From NCBI GenBank assembly GCA_964589975.1, contig CAZPVH010000002.1:68217-132216 (forward strand): 64,000 nucleotides of DNA, written 5' to 3'. Below, in pieces: positions 44,656 through 55,600 of this stretch (the first letter of the stretch is position 1; every line of letters begins with the position of its first letter). Under the pieces are notes generated by a model. That model made no database searches. It was not told where the DNA came from and was given only the letters and a program-made list of their open reading frames with translations. The stretch comes from an uncultured Candidatus Saccharibacteria bacterium (GTDB lineage: Bacteria; Patescibacteriota; Minisyncoccia; Phycocordibacterales; CSBR16-119). A program made the position numbers and the translations under genes.

Positions 44656-47600
44656 TTACACTCTGAGTATTTTATTTATATACCCTTTCTTTGCTTTGAA
44701 TTCTTCGGATGTGTATACCTCTTCGTATGAATCTTCGCCGGTTTTTTTCTTAACTTTCAAATAGTAATTTCCTTTCGGCACCAACACATGATATTTGCCA
44801 GTCTTGCCCACAATGGTATGCGCAATCTCTTTATCCAAAAGCGCGGAGTAAACTGAAACGATAGCGAAAGAAAGTGGATAACCCGTATCACGTTCAATCG
44901 CAAAACCTGGACGCTTTGGCCTGACACCGAACATAGCAAGTACTGTGATGAGGACATAGATACTGAGGATCACGTAGTTTAGTGTTGAGGGTTCCAAGAA
45001 AATAAGAACCGCCGAAGCTGCGAATCCAGCAATGAAGATCGTCTTTCCGATGCGCGCAAGAAATAATTCACCTTTTGAGAAGAATTTCATCAAGCCCTTA
45101 TTTTTTGTTTTCTCAAACTCATTCCAATTGAAATTTATAGAGTCCATCGGAATGTTCTTGTTTATAATCGTACCTTCCGTTTCTACTCCGATCTCTTCAC
45201 CAAAATACAGGTTGCCATACAGGTCATCATGATCAGCGCCACGCAGCTTGACCGACGGGAAGATATAATCTCCTTTCTTGGCGTCTAGTCTGTATTGTCC
45301 GCGCTCAGTAACAAATCCGTAGCGACCATCAAGATCAGTTATAGACGTAGCTACTTCGCGGCCACTCATATCAAGCAACGTCACGTAAACCGGATCAAGC
45401 GGCTGCTTGGTTACAGAGTCGTACACTGTTCCCCAAGGACGACGTTTCCTGCGAAAGCCAAGGAGAGTCGGAATGATATTCCACAGACGAAGAGCGATAG
45501 AAACAATGCCTGCTCGCTCAGCCAAGATGTATAACACCAGAGGTAGAGTCAATCCCGTTACTGCTACAGCTTGCACGACAGGCACCACTGCTGTGTTCTT
45601 CGAAATCCCGGACACATAACCGCTTATATCCTTTATAACTTCTTTGATTATTTCCGGGATGGTTTCTGGATCAGGAGGATTCTCATACGTACATGAACCG
45701 TCGCCGACATTTGCGGCCGAATTATAGTTCAATGCTGTAGAATCGGTACAGCCAGCAATACTTGTTAACGTATATTCGCATGATCCATCGTCCACGTCCG
45801 CGCTCGCATCATAGTTTGTTGCAAATGTATCAGTACAACCAGGCTCCTCGCCGGGCGTCTCGGGACCGTCATCGTAATCGCAGCTTCCATCGTCAACTGT
45901 TGCAGAGGCATTATAATTATCTGCTGTCGGATCTGTACACCCAGGCACAGGTCCGGGAGGATACACACACGAACCATCATCATCCGTCGCGCTAGGATTG
46001 TAATTTGTCGCAGTAGGATATGGACAGCCGTAAACCGGATAAGTACACGAACCATCATCCACAACAAAGACTGCATCGTAGTTCTGCGCTGCCGGGTCGG
46101 TACAGCCAGCCGGCGGATCCGTCGGACCACCACCGCCACCAAGAGATCCGCAAGCAAGTGTCGTAAACGCCACATCATCACCATAAGCTGTTCCGTCAGA
46201 ATTGGTTGCAAAGGCACGGTAGTGGTATGTTGTGCCACAAGTAAGAGGTTTAAGCTCTTTGTAGAAGAACGGTCGAAAAATCTGAAGACGACTATTGACC
46301 GAATCTGCCGAATACAACTTAAAAGTGTCTACATTGAGCAAAATATCCTTTGGAGTATCAAATTGCCCTATCGAAGAACCATTTGATCCGTAAGAGGAGA
46401 CAAACGTATATTCGTCGGGGTCTGCTTCTCTAGAAGCATAAATTACTCTGTCATTAACAGAATCTGTTATATATATTCCAAAATCAGTATCTATAGCAAT
46501 GCCAACAGGAGAATCCATAGCTGTCCATCCGGACGGCACGACAAACGACACGTCACCGCTGGAAGAGAAAGTTGTGTTTAGATACCATATCCTGTCATTT
46601 CCCGTATCAGTGACGTAGACATACCCGTCATCACTAATGACCACGCCTGAAGGAGAGCTGAGTCCTGTAGACTGGGCCAGCATAGTACCAGAAGTGTTGA
46701 GTTTCTGAATACGGTTATTACCAGAATCGGCCAAATATATTGAACTGGAATAAATAGCTATACCCTTCGGCGAACTAAACTGTCCCGCGCCAGTACCAAA
46801 AGATCCGAACTGAGACTGGTATACATGAGAGGAATTAAATACCTGAATCCGATTATTTCCTGTGTCCGAAACATATATATTGCCCGTACCCATATCAACA
46901 GCCACGTCCTGAGGCGCATTGAATTGACCGCTCCCTGATCCAGATATTCCGGCCTGACATCCAGAGGAGCAACTTTCGAAGGAGTTGCCGCCTGTGGCAA
47001 CGCCCCATCCGAACATGGTGATAAAAGTACCCGACGAATCTAACTCAACAATTCTATTGTTTCCAGTATCAGCCACGTAAATATTTCCGCTGGCATCTTG
47101 GCCGACGCCAGAAAGAGCATCGAAACTATTCTCGTCTGTTCCCAAAGAGCCAGACGTCGTCACACTAAGAGAGGTGCCCGGGCTCGTGTTAACACTAGAT
47201 CCGTATCCTGTAGTCGTCCCATACTGAAAACCGCGCACAGTAGAGGCACCAACTCCGTCACTGGTTTGTAGACCGTTTAGAATAACGGCTGTACTTCTAA
47301 TTTCTGTTGTGGCCTTCGTCACGACCACAGGCAAATCGCAAGCTGTCGTAGTAAAAGTCACATCATTGCCGTAACTCGTCCCGTCGGCATTTGTTGCAAA
47401 TGCACGGTAGTGATAATCTGTACCACATGTGAGTGAGTTTAAATAATTTGCAATATTAGTTTGGTCAATCTTATAGACAGTACTACCATCTCTAATAGAT
47501 ATATAGATTTCTTTCGAATTATTTATTGCCAATCCATATACACTTGAACCTCCAATATTTGTTTTTTCAACATTACTAGAAATAAAATTACCAGCCGTAT

Positions 47601-48561
47601 CAAGCTTTTGGACACGCCCGCCATTTGTATCAGAGACGTATACAACATCATCTTGATCTATTTCAATTGCCGATGGCTGATCGAATTCCCCATTGCCGGT
47701 ACCAAATACTCCGAACTGAGACTGGTAAACGCCTGCGGAGTTGAATTTTTGAATGCGGAAATTTAATGTATCGACAACAAAAATATTTCCTAATGAATCA
47801 GTTGTGACATCGCCGGAGTTAGCAAAGTTAAACTGCCCGTTACCATTACCCCCAGACCCGAACTGAGACTGGTAAACGCCTGCGGAGTTGAATTTTTGAA
47901 TGCGGCTATTATTGCTATCTACCACGAAGATGTTATTGGCCGAATCGATATGAAGTTTTGTTGCGGTATTAAACTGCCCGTTACCATTACCCCCAGACCC
48001 GAACTGAGACTGGTAAACGCCTGCGGAGTTGAATTTTTGAATGCGATTATTACCACTGTCTACTACGAAAATATTATTAGACGAATCAATATCAATACCT
48101 GTTGGACCATTGAATTCTCCATTGCCGGTACCAAATACTCCGAACTGAGACTGGTAAACGCCTGCGGAGTTGAATTTTTGAATGCGATTATTACCCGTAT
48201 CGGCAACAAAAATATTTCCCGTGGAATCAATTGCCAAATCTCCTGGTAAAGATAGTTCCCCATCAGATGATCCGGGGCCAATAATATCGTCAGCAAAAGA
48301 ATATGGTTCGGAAGTAGCAGTAGAGCCATAACTTACCGTAGTGCCATACTCAACGCCAGCGACGCTTAAGGGCTCGCCTCCGTCACTATTTATTGTGAGA
48401 TTAAATTGCGCAGAGGTTTTATTTACGAACGTTGCTGCTTCGCTCGTTACTGTCGGCGCGGCGGCGAAGAGTACCCCCGCGTTTGAAAACGCCGAAAAGG
48501 CCAAGATTATGGCCATGACTAAAAGCGTCCTGAAGTTTTTTCGAGGGGTCTTTTTTGTCAT
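44656..48561 (-). CDS. Giant NHL-repeat surface protein with DDGSC modules and a carboxypeptidase-regulatory-like domain, anchored by C-terminal TM helices
   Basis: Start preferred at the Met at 48561 (MTKKTPRKNFRTLLVMAIILAFSAFSNA), because 48562-48624 is the terminator of the upstream gene. There are at least 10 NHL blades (GNNRIQKFNSAGVYQSQFG). Seven tandem about 22-aa modules follow (CTDPxAxNYNxxAxVDDGSCxY). Then a CarbopepD_reg-like segment (LDMSGREVATSITDLDGRYGF) and three TM helices. Near-identical 45-nt nucleotide repeats occur at 47750-48200. Confidence 0.75.
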   Translation of the reverse strand: MTKKTPRKNFRTLLVMAIILAFSAFSNAGVLFAAAPTVTSEAATFVNKTSAQFNLTINSDGGEPLSVAGVEYGTTVSYGSTATSEPYSFADDIIGPGSSDGELSLPGDLAIDSTGNIFVADTGNNRIQKFNSAGVYQSQFGVFGTGNGEFNGPTGIDIDSSNNIFVVDSGNNRIQKFNSAGVYQSQFGSGGNGNGQFNTATKLHIDSANNIFVVDSNNSRIQKFNSAGVYQSQFGSGGNGNGQFNFANSGDVTTDSLGNIFVVDTLNFRIQKFNSAGVYQSQFGVFGTGNGEFDQPSAIEIDQDDVVYVSDTNGGRVQKLDTAGNFISSNVEKTNIGGSSVYGLAINNSKEIYISIRDGSTVYKIDQTNIANYLNSLTCGTDYHYRAFATNADGTSYGNDVTFTTTACDLPVVVTKATTEIRSTAVILNGLQTSDGVGASTVRGFQYGTTTGYGSSVNTSPGTSLSVTTSGSLGTDENSFDALSGVGQDASGNIYVADTGNNRIVELDSSGTFITMFGWGVATGGNSFESCSSGCQAGISGSGSGQFNAPQDVAVDMGTGNIYVSDTGNNRIQVFNSSHVYQSQFGSFGTGAGQFSSPKGIAIYSSSIYLADSGNNRIQKLNTSGTMLAQSTGLSSPSGVVISDDGYVYVTDTGNDRIWYLNTTFSSSGDVSFVVPSGWTAMDSPVGIAIDTDFGIYITDSVNDRVIYASREADPDEYTFVSSYGSNGSSIGQFDTPKDILLNVDTFKLYSADSVNSRLQIFRPFFYKELKPLTCGTTYHYRAFATNSDGTAYGDDVAFTTLACGSLGGGGGPTDPPAGCTDPAAQNYDAVFVVDDGSCTYPVYGCPYPTATNYNPSATDDDGSCVYPPGPVPGCTDPTADNYNASATVDDGSCDYDDGPETPGEEPGCTDTFATNYDASADVDDGSCEYTLTSIAGCTDSTALNYNSAANVGDGSCTYENPPDPETIPEIIKEVIKDISGYVSGISKNTAVVPVVQAVAVTGLTLPLVLYILAERAGIVSIALRLWNIIPTLLGFRRKRRPWGTVYDSVTKQPLDPVYVTLLDMSGREVATSITDLDGRYGFVTERGQYRLDAKKGDYIFPSVKLRGADHDDLYGNLYFGEEIGVETEGTIINKNIPMDSINFNWNEFEKTKNKGLMKFFSKGELFLARIGKTIFIAGFAASAVLIFLEPSTLNYVILSIYVLITVLAMFGVRPKRPGFAIERDTGYPLSFAIVSVYSALLDKEIAHTIVGKTGKYHVLVPKGNYYLKVKKKTGEDSYEEVYTSEEFKAKKGYINKILRV

Positions 48562-48633
48562 TGCAGGACAATGTAATTTTAGCATGAAAAAAGGGCTCCC
48601 TGCTTGTGCAGAAAGCCCTTTCATTACAGTTGG

Positions 48634-49599
48634 CTAGAAGCCGACTGTGGACACTTGTTCACTTTGGAACGTTCCGTCTGGAAGGACAGCGCGAACGAGG
48701 AGGATCTGATTCTCCGGGAACCGCAGGATATCGCCAAGGCGAACCTGTTGCCGGGAGAGTAAACGCCCGCTCAGGTCAAGAATCTCGACCCTTGCAGCAT
48801 TCCATGACTCTGGAACCGCGAGCGTGTTACCACGAACGTAGTGCGAAATGGGAATACTTGTCGACAGGTCTGTCACGCTGAACTCAAAAGCGAGATCAAC
48901 ATCAAGCCATGATCCAAAATTGTACGGATCAGGCACTAGTTGTTCGCTGAGCGGGATTCCTCCTTGACCAATGCACCCGCCCCACAAGGCAAAGCCCTGT
49001 GGATATGGATCGTTGACCAATTGGTTCGTCGGACCGCCCAAGTGCGATCGGTGATTTCCGCCTCCTGGATAGGAATGGGTTACCGTGCCGTCGACGCGAA
49101 CGACGAAAGCATAGTTGCCCGGCGGAAGAACCATATCGACGATGTATTCAGTCGACATCTGTTCGAACGTTCGAGTACCGTTAGCCGCTTCCAAGAAAAC
49201 CTGGTTGCGAAGAGTGGTCAGCTCAGTCTGAGAAACCCCCTCCAAGACATCGGCCGAGCAGTACTTGTTCATACCAGGAACAACCGTGTCGATCACCGTC
49301 ACGATCGAACCATAGACATGGTCTTCGTAAATCGTGATCGTAGCAGGAACGGTATCAAGGCTGAAGAAATCAGCGAGCGTCAGATGCAGGCTGTGGAGAT
49401 TTCCTCCGGGATGGTAGAAGCTCTGACCGAGACTGTCCGAGTAAGTGAAATAGGGATCTCCGCTCACAAGAGCCCAGGCCTGTCCGTCCATGTGGCGGCT
49501 GCCATAGTTCTGGTAGTGTTCGCCGCCTTGGGCGAAAGTGACTGGTGCAATGCAAATGCAAAGCACCGCCAAAGTGATGATGTTAGCAAGGTGCTTCAT
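48634..49599 (-). CDS. Hypothetical secreted protein, possible T9SS-like C-terminal tail
   Basis: Signal peptide MKHLANIITLAVLCICIAPVTFAQG. The C-terminus (VEILDLSGRLLSRQQVRLGD...LPDGTFQSEQVSTVGF) is weakly CTD-like. Confidence 0.45.
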   Translation of the reverse strand: MKHLANIITLAVLCICIAPVTFAQGGEHYQNYGSRHMDGQAWALVSGDPYFTYSDSLGQSFYHPGGNLHSLHLTLADFFSLDTVPATITIYEDHVYGSIVTVIDTVVPGMNKYCSADVLEGVSQTELTTLRNQVFLEAANGTRTFEQMSTEYIVDMVLPPGNYAFVVRVDGTVTHSYPGGGNHRSHLGGPTNQLVNDPYPQGFALWGGCIGQGGIPLSEQLVPDPYNFGSWLDVDLAFEFSVTDLSTSIPISHYVRGNTLAVPESWNAARVEILDLSGRLLSRQQVRLGDILRFPENQILLVRAVLPDGTFQSEQVSTVGF

Positions 49600-49776
49600 G
49601 CGTGTAGGTTTAGGTTACCTTAATATATAACACATATTCGCAGAAAAAGCAAGTACTATTCCCCCCTTTTAAATACGGCCTTTCTAGCCCTTTTCGCCCT
49701 TATGCCCACTTTATACTCTTTAGCAATATTGTTTACCCCGCCAACAGGAATATGATAATAGGCAAACAGGTACAAC

Positions 49777-50391
49777 GTGGAAAATCTAGACAACTCTACG
49801 GGTATCGAAAAACAGGGACAATTTAGTTCTGGGGAAAAGTGTGGGACGTCGTATGAGACAAGTTTTACTTGCCAATCTACAGAAGATCTTAGGGGAGGCT
49901 TCGCCAAGCTTCAAGCGGACATCATTAGTCACTTGAACGTAAGCGGCTTCAACAAGGATCCCCTGAAGGTTGTTGGAGTAAAGACAAAAAGGGTTTCTTC
50001 GACGGTCGACGACAAACAGGTTACGACGATCGAGGTCAAGGTCGATTTCGAATCCTGTTCGCTTGTTGACGCCCACTATTTCTTCTCTGCAGAGGTCGGC
50101 ATCGCTTCGGCGCCCAGCGCCAAAATGATGTATCACCTCGTGGCCTCCAGCCAAGGAAAAATCCTTGACCGAAAGAGCCAAGCAGCGAATTTCAAAGAAT
50201 TGCGTCACGGCGATGTAACCTTCTTTGAAACATTCGAGAACGAGTTTGTTTTTGGTTCGATGTCCGTGAAAGCGTGCGTGACTTTTGCCAGCGCGCAAGC
50301 ACCAATCGAGTCATGTATCCATGACGCGTTCCGTCGATCGCAAAAACTGATGCGCGCAAGCGCACAGATAAGAGACTCCACCAAGTCTTAA
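49777..50391 (+). CDS. Hypothetical protein
   Basis: 204-aa ORF followed by the terminator GCCCCCTCCACCAAGAGGGGTCGTTTTG. No recognisable motifs. Confidence 0.4.
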   Translation: MENLDNSTGIEKQGQFSSGEKCGTSYETSFTCQSTEDLRGGFAKLQADIISHLNVSGFNKDPLKVVGVKTKRVSSTVDDKQVTTIEVKVDFESCSLVDAHYFFSAEVGIASAPSAKMMYHLVASSQGKILDRKSQAANFKELRHGDVTFFETFENEFVFGSMSVKACVTFASAQAPIESCIHDAFRRSQKLMRASAQIRDSTKS

Positions 50392-50446
50392 GGTGTGATT
50401 AAGACAAGCGGCCCCCTCCACCAAGAGGGGTCGTTTTGTTTTAAGG

Positions 50447-51580
50447 TTATCGCACCGTGGCGTTGTAAGTTTTTCTTGTCTCTTCTTCTAGTTTATGATG
50501 AAGTTCGTTTACCTCAGCATCGGTCAGAGTTTTTTCGAGCGATCTGTATGTGACCCGGTAAGCGTAGCTTTTCTTTCCCTCACCAAACTTAGCGGCGTTT
50601 TCATATTCATCTATGAGGGCCATTTCTTCGGCCATGTCGCCGACAACATCTCGGACAAGATCGAAGTACACATTCGGCTGATATGTCGCGGAATCAACAA
50701 TGAAAGATATGTCGCGCACAATGGCGGGAAACTTTGAAACTTCTTTGAATTTCTGCCCGAGCACAAGCTGTTTTTTGACCCGCTCATCGTCGGACCAGAG
50801 AAGCCTGATATCCGGAAGCTCCATAGAAAGTATCGCCAAGCGTTCAATACCGAATCCAAAAGCCCAACCGTTATAGCCAGTGATTCCCATCTTTTCAAGA
50901 ACCGAAGACTTCACCATGCCCGCACCGAGGATTTCTACCCAATCGCCATTCACCATAACTTCTATCTGGGTGGAAGGATTAGTATACGGGAACGTGTCGT
51001 CCAGGAACCGATACTCAGTTCCCTTGCCGAAAACAGTTTCAACTATTTCTGACAAGACGCGCTTCAACTCATCGAGCTCGAGCTTGCCTTCGGAATTCGG
51101 AATCAGTTTCCAGCCGTCGATCTGATGAAAGACGTTCATGTGCCGGCGATCAATCTCGTCTTTCCGGTACACTTTTCCAAAACACAGCGCCCCGAGACCT
51201 TCGCCGCGCGTAGCTCTATCTTTTATGTCCGGATGATTAAAATAGTAGTACCAAGAAACGGTGTTATGCGTACGCAAAATATTTTTAGCATCGGCGTAGT
51301 AGGTATCGGATGTGGAGCGCGCGACATGGTCGGCTGGAAAGTCGAATAAGTCGAACGTAATTTCAGCCGGAACAATTTCCGGGATCTCGATCACGTCTAG
51401 CCCGGCGAGCGCTGGAACCTTTTTAACCCTGTCCACGATCTCAAAAAGCGGGCTTCCAGGGGTACGAGAGAGGTCCGGCATATGCAAATAGCGCTTCATG
51501 CGGGCCGCCTCAGCGTCGGTTCGAGCGTCTAATTCTTTGAGTAATGTATCCTGTTCTTCAGTATTTATCCTGATTTCCAT
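50447..51580 (-). CDS. pheS: Phenylalanine--tRNA ligase alpha-type catalytic subunit with a C-terminal FDX-ACB anticodon-binding domain (mitochondrial-like monomeric architecture)
   Basis: 377 aa. Class II core motifs: HVARSTSDTYY, LRTHNT, GKVYRKDEIDRRHMNVFHQIDGW and GFGIERLAIL. About 110 extra C-terminal residues match the FDX-ACB fold found in PheT and mitochondrial PheRS (SKFPAIVRDISFIVD...GKKSYAYRVTYRSLEKTLTDAEVNELHHKLEE). The N-terminal tRNA-binding coiled-coil is shortened. No pheT is adjacent. Confidence 0.8.
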   Translation of the reverse strand: MEIRINTEEQDTLLKELDARTDAEAARMKRYLHMPDLSRTPGSPLFEIVDRVKKVPALAGLDVIEIPEIVPAEITFDLFDFPADHVARSTSDTYYADAKNILRTHNTVSWYYYFNHPDIKDRATRGEGLGALCFGKVYRKDEIDRRHMNVFHQIDGWKLIPNSEGKLELDELKRVLSEIVETVFGKGTEYRFLDDTFPYTNPSTQIEVMVNGDWVEILGAGMVKSSVLEKMGITGYNGWAFGFGIERLAILSMELPDIRLLWSDDERVKKQLVLGQKFKEVSKFPAIVRDISFIVDSATYQPNVYFDLVRDVVGDMAEEMALIDEYENAAKFGEGKKSYAYRVTYRSLEKTLTDAEVNELHHKLEEETRKTYNATVR

Positions 51581-51683
51581 TGTTTAAATATAGCAGTTTA
51601 AAGCCCTGTTTTAAAGAAATTCTTTTCTTGACATATATTAGCTATTGTGCTATAATATTAGCAAACCTTAACAACTTTCTAAG

Positions 51684-52553
51684 ATGAGAAACATCATCAA
51701 GAACTTCGGACCCATTACCCTGTTCGCGCTGGTCATCCTACTCGGATCCCTCACTTCCTGTAGCTCGAGCGGCAATCGCCGCCCGGCATCGGAAGATGCC
51801 ATGACAACACCGCCGACCATTGCATCAGATGGCGCCAAAGTGGCCGAACTCGAAGCTGAGATCAAGAAGCTCACAGAAGAGCTACGCACGTGCCCCGCAG
51901 ATGCTCTGAAGCGAGCTCAAAAGGAACTCCTTGATGCACAGCTGGCGGACAAAATGGCTCGAGCCGAAACCGGCCTCGATAAGCTGAACCTCGAGATGTT
52001 CGTGAGCTTCGTCGGACAGGACAGCAACCTGATCAGTCCGGATGGATTCATGAACATCGTGAACTTCGCAGATAACGGAGAATTCCAAAGTCCGATTTCT
52101 GCCCCGCGAGGATCTATCGGCACTATGTTCCCGGCCTTCGGAGAATATATTGCTGATGAAATCAATTTCATCTCTGTCCGAGATGACTTGCGAAATCCTT
52201 CGCGCGTGAACAAGTTCTGGGACAAGAACAAAAGCCTGGTCATTTTCTCGCTCAAAGTAAGCGGTCAACTCGGCAAGGCTTCAACCCACGCTGCAGAGCT
52301 CTTGCGCTACTACGAGAACAGGATTGATAAAGACCTGGCCGCCGCGTGCAAAGCGTACTACGACAAGCACAAGGGTACCACCGAGTTCCAAGACGCATCG
52401 CCCGAATACAAAGCCCTTGAACGCTTCAGTGGAAACAAGGGTCCAGCCAAACTGCAAAACTGGCTGTTCGTACAGCGCAATCGCGATGCCGGGGGCGACG
52501 CCCTTATCAAGGCCCACATTCGCGTACTGCGCGACCTGGCGAACCCGGTGTAA
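51684..52553 (+). CDS. Hypothetical lipoprotein
   Basis: 289 aa. Lipobox in MRNIIKNFGPITLFALVILLGSLTSCSSSG. Terminator at 52568-52606. Confidence 0.5.
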   Translation: MRNIIKNFGPITLFALVILLGSLTSCSSSGNRRPASEDAMTTPPTIASDGAKVAELEAEIKKLTEELRTCPADALKRAQKELLDAQLADKMARAETGLDKLNLEMFVSFVGQDSNLISPDGFMNIVNFADNGEFQSPISAPRGSIGTMFPAFGEYIADEINFISVRDDLRNPSRVNKFWDKNKSLVIFSLKVSGQLGKASTHAAELLRYYENRIDKDLAAACKAYYDKHKGTTEFQDASPEYKALERFSGNKGPAKLQNWLFVQRNRDAGGDALIKAHIRVLRDLANPV

Positions 52554-52611
52554 CTACCGGATGCACATTCGAAAGAACCCCGACGGTGTCGGGGTTCTTT
52601 TTTTATAATAA

Positions 52612-55600
52612 TTAGCTACACAATTCTTTCGCTTTCTTTATTGTGTTGCCATAGAACCAGCCGGTAGGACTTTTGATGCCCGCGGGCGCGAGAATTTCGG
52701 AAGCGAAAGCGGATTGGAATTTCTTCGTCGCTTCCTCCGTGGCCGGACCGAATATGCCACTAGGAACGACTTTCAGATATCCTTCATCGGACAGGAATTG
52801 CTGAATCAATTTTACATTCTCGCCTTTGTCTCCCTTTTTTGCTTGTGAGAATTGGCATGAGGAGACTTCGGCAATTTCTGCGACCGCGCCAAGCACCGAT
52901 CCCGAACAGAAAATCGGTTTAGTTTTAGAGAGTGTGGCTTTACCAACAACACCATCGGCGACCAAACCATTTTTCTTTTGGAAATCAATTACCGCGTTCT
53001 TTGTCTTGGCCCCGAAGGCCCCGTCGGCCACTCCGATAGCGTAACCTTTCGACAATAAGAATTTCTGTACCTTTACGACATTCGCTCCCCGATCCCCTAG
53101 CTTTACATAAGCGGAAGTTATCGTTACCGGTTGGCAATTATTTTCAGCCGCGGGAGAAGCCGGGTTCGATTGCGGCGAGCCAGTGTTTGTCGAGAGTGCG
53201 GATCTGCTAGCGCGCGATGAGCCGCCACTGCTTATGACTACGGGCTCGTCTATAACCGGTTCAGTAATTACATATCCCGCTTGAGTATCGATGCCAACAT
53301 TGCCAACAGAGTCCTCGGCTTCAATCGAAAGGGCCCCGGAACTTGTGATCGTTATAGTGCAATCAACTTGTGTAGCCGAAGTCTGACTACAAGATAAGCC
53401 CGATAGACCTGCCGTTGTACCGCCCGCAACAGAAACACCCGACGAGGCTAAGCCAATATCATCTATGACTCGTATGGTTGTATCCGTTATTGAACCTGCT
53501 GCTGTTAGCGTCACGGGCGTAATAGTAACCGCTGGATCAATCGTGTCGATTATGTAATTGTTCTCGGTGGCAGAATCAGTGTTTGAAAGCGAATCCTCTG
53601 CTTCTATCTCAAGATTACCTGAACTGGTAATGTCCAGAGTACAGTCAACAACCGTAGCTGATGTCTGTGAGCATACGAAGCTTGAGGTGTCTGCTGTAGT
53701 ACCGCTGCCTATGGAAACACCTGCCACTAAAACCTCTTCATCATCAACGATATGCACCTCTGTGTCTGTGATGGTTCCGTTTGAGGTCTTCGTCGGCGCA
53801 TTTATCGTGATCGATGGAGGATTTTGATCTATGAGATATCCTGTCTCAGTATCAGAGCCGGTATTGCCGAGAGAGTCTTCTGCGCTGATTATAAGATTGC
53901 CGGTTGAATCTATGGCTATGCTGCAATCGACTTGAGTTGCGGAAGTTTGAACACACGAGAAGCCTGACGTGCCTGCAGTAGTTGCGCCATCAACAGAGAC
54001 ATCTGCGGCTGAGACACCGATGTTATCGGTGACGAGTATGGTGGTATCTGCGATACTTGCACTAGAAGATTTTGTAATAGCTGTGATATCGACAGCTGGC
54101 GCAGTTGCGTCAATAACATATCCAATTTCGGTATCTGTTCCAGTATTATTGGCTGAGTCCTCTACGTTGATTGTTAAGTTTCCTGAGCTGGTTATATTTA
54201 TCGTACAGTCAACAACAGTAGCTGAAGTTTGGGTGCACGAAAAACCAGAAGTTCCGGCCGTCGTGCTGCCTGCCACGATGACGTCAGCAACCAAAACCCC
54301 GGCATCGTCTGTCGCCTGGATAGTTGTATTTGTAATTACAGCGTTAGAAGATTTTGTCGGAGCGGTAATGGCAACCGCCGGCGCACCGACATCAGCGGTT
54401 GTAAAACTCCAAGAGGTCGTCGAGGCAATACCGGCATAGCTGTTGCCGGCGGTATCATCAAAAGCGGTGGCGGCAATGAGGATATAGTATTCGGTTGCCG
54501 ACGAAAGATCTGCTGTGGGATTTATGGTAATTGTATTTGTCCCGCTACCCGTAATCGCACCGCTCCCGACAGCGATCGTTTCTACGGTCGAATCATCGCT
54601 GGTTTTTTTTATTGTAATATTTCCTGTTTCAGCATCGACTGGAGCATCAAAGAGTATAGAAAGGTCTGACGAGATCGAAACACCCGTTGCATTATCTGAT
54701 GGCGACAATGACGATACTGTTGGATTGGCAGTGTCGATAACGATTGCCTTGTTTGAAGCTAGATTTGTGGCAGGACCAAAGCTGACCATCGCGTTGCCCG
54801 CAGCGTCAGCAATCGTGCCGGAAATAGAGTTCACGGTAAGGTCAGGAGTGGTATCCCCGCTTTGGACTGTGTAATTACAAGTTCCACTCGAAGCGCCTGA
54901 AACACTAAAAGTGCATGTCCTATCTGTTGCGCCGGTCTCAAGCGTAACCGTCACACTACCTGTTGAAGTTACAGACTCGGAGAAAGTGACATCGATATCA
55001 ATTACTTCGCCAATGGTATATGCGCCATTTGATTTATCAGACGATACATTTGTTACTGTCGGAGCGGTAACATCAGCGGTTGTAAAACTCCAAGAGGTCG
55101 TCGAGGCAATACCGGCATAGCTGTTGCCGGCGGTATCATAAAAAGCAGTGGCAGCAATGAGGATATAGTATTCAGTCTCGCCGGCAAGCGTAACCGAAGG
55201 GTTAATCGTAATCGTGCTGGTGCCACTGCCAGAAACAAATCCGCCCGCGACGTCTATTGTTTCTATGGTCGAATCATCGCTGGTTTTTTTGATTGTAATA
55301 TTTCCTGTTTCAGCATCAACAGGAGCATCGAAATTTATGACGAGATTCGCTGTTGCAGAAACCCCTGTTGCATTGTCTAATGGAGACAACGAAGAAACTG
55401 TTGGATTGGCAGTGTCGATAACGATTGCCTTGTTTGAAGCTAGATTTGTAGCCGGGGCAAAATTACTCATCGCATTCGCTGCCCCGTCAGCAATAGTTCC
55501 AGATATGGAATTAACCGTGAGGTCGGAAGATGCGTCTCCCGACTGAACTGTGTAATTACAGGTTCCGGTTGTCGACGCGCTAACAGCAAATGTACAAGTT

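Noticed and set aside
47896-48249. Plus-strand ORF with a repeated LRLVNACGVEFLNAIIT peptide. It looks like a repeat protein or a CRISPR-like array.
   Set aside because: It is the antisense of the tandem NHL-blade repeats inside the 44656-48561 gene. The repeats are coding and in-frame on the minus strand. They have no CRISPR-like spacer architecture and no cas genes nearby.
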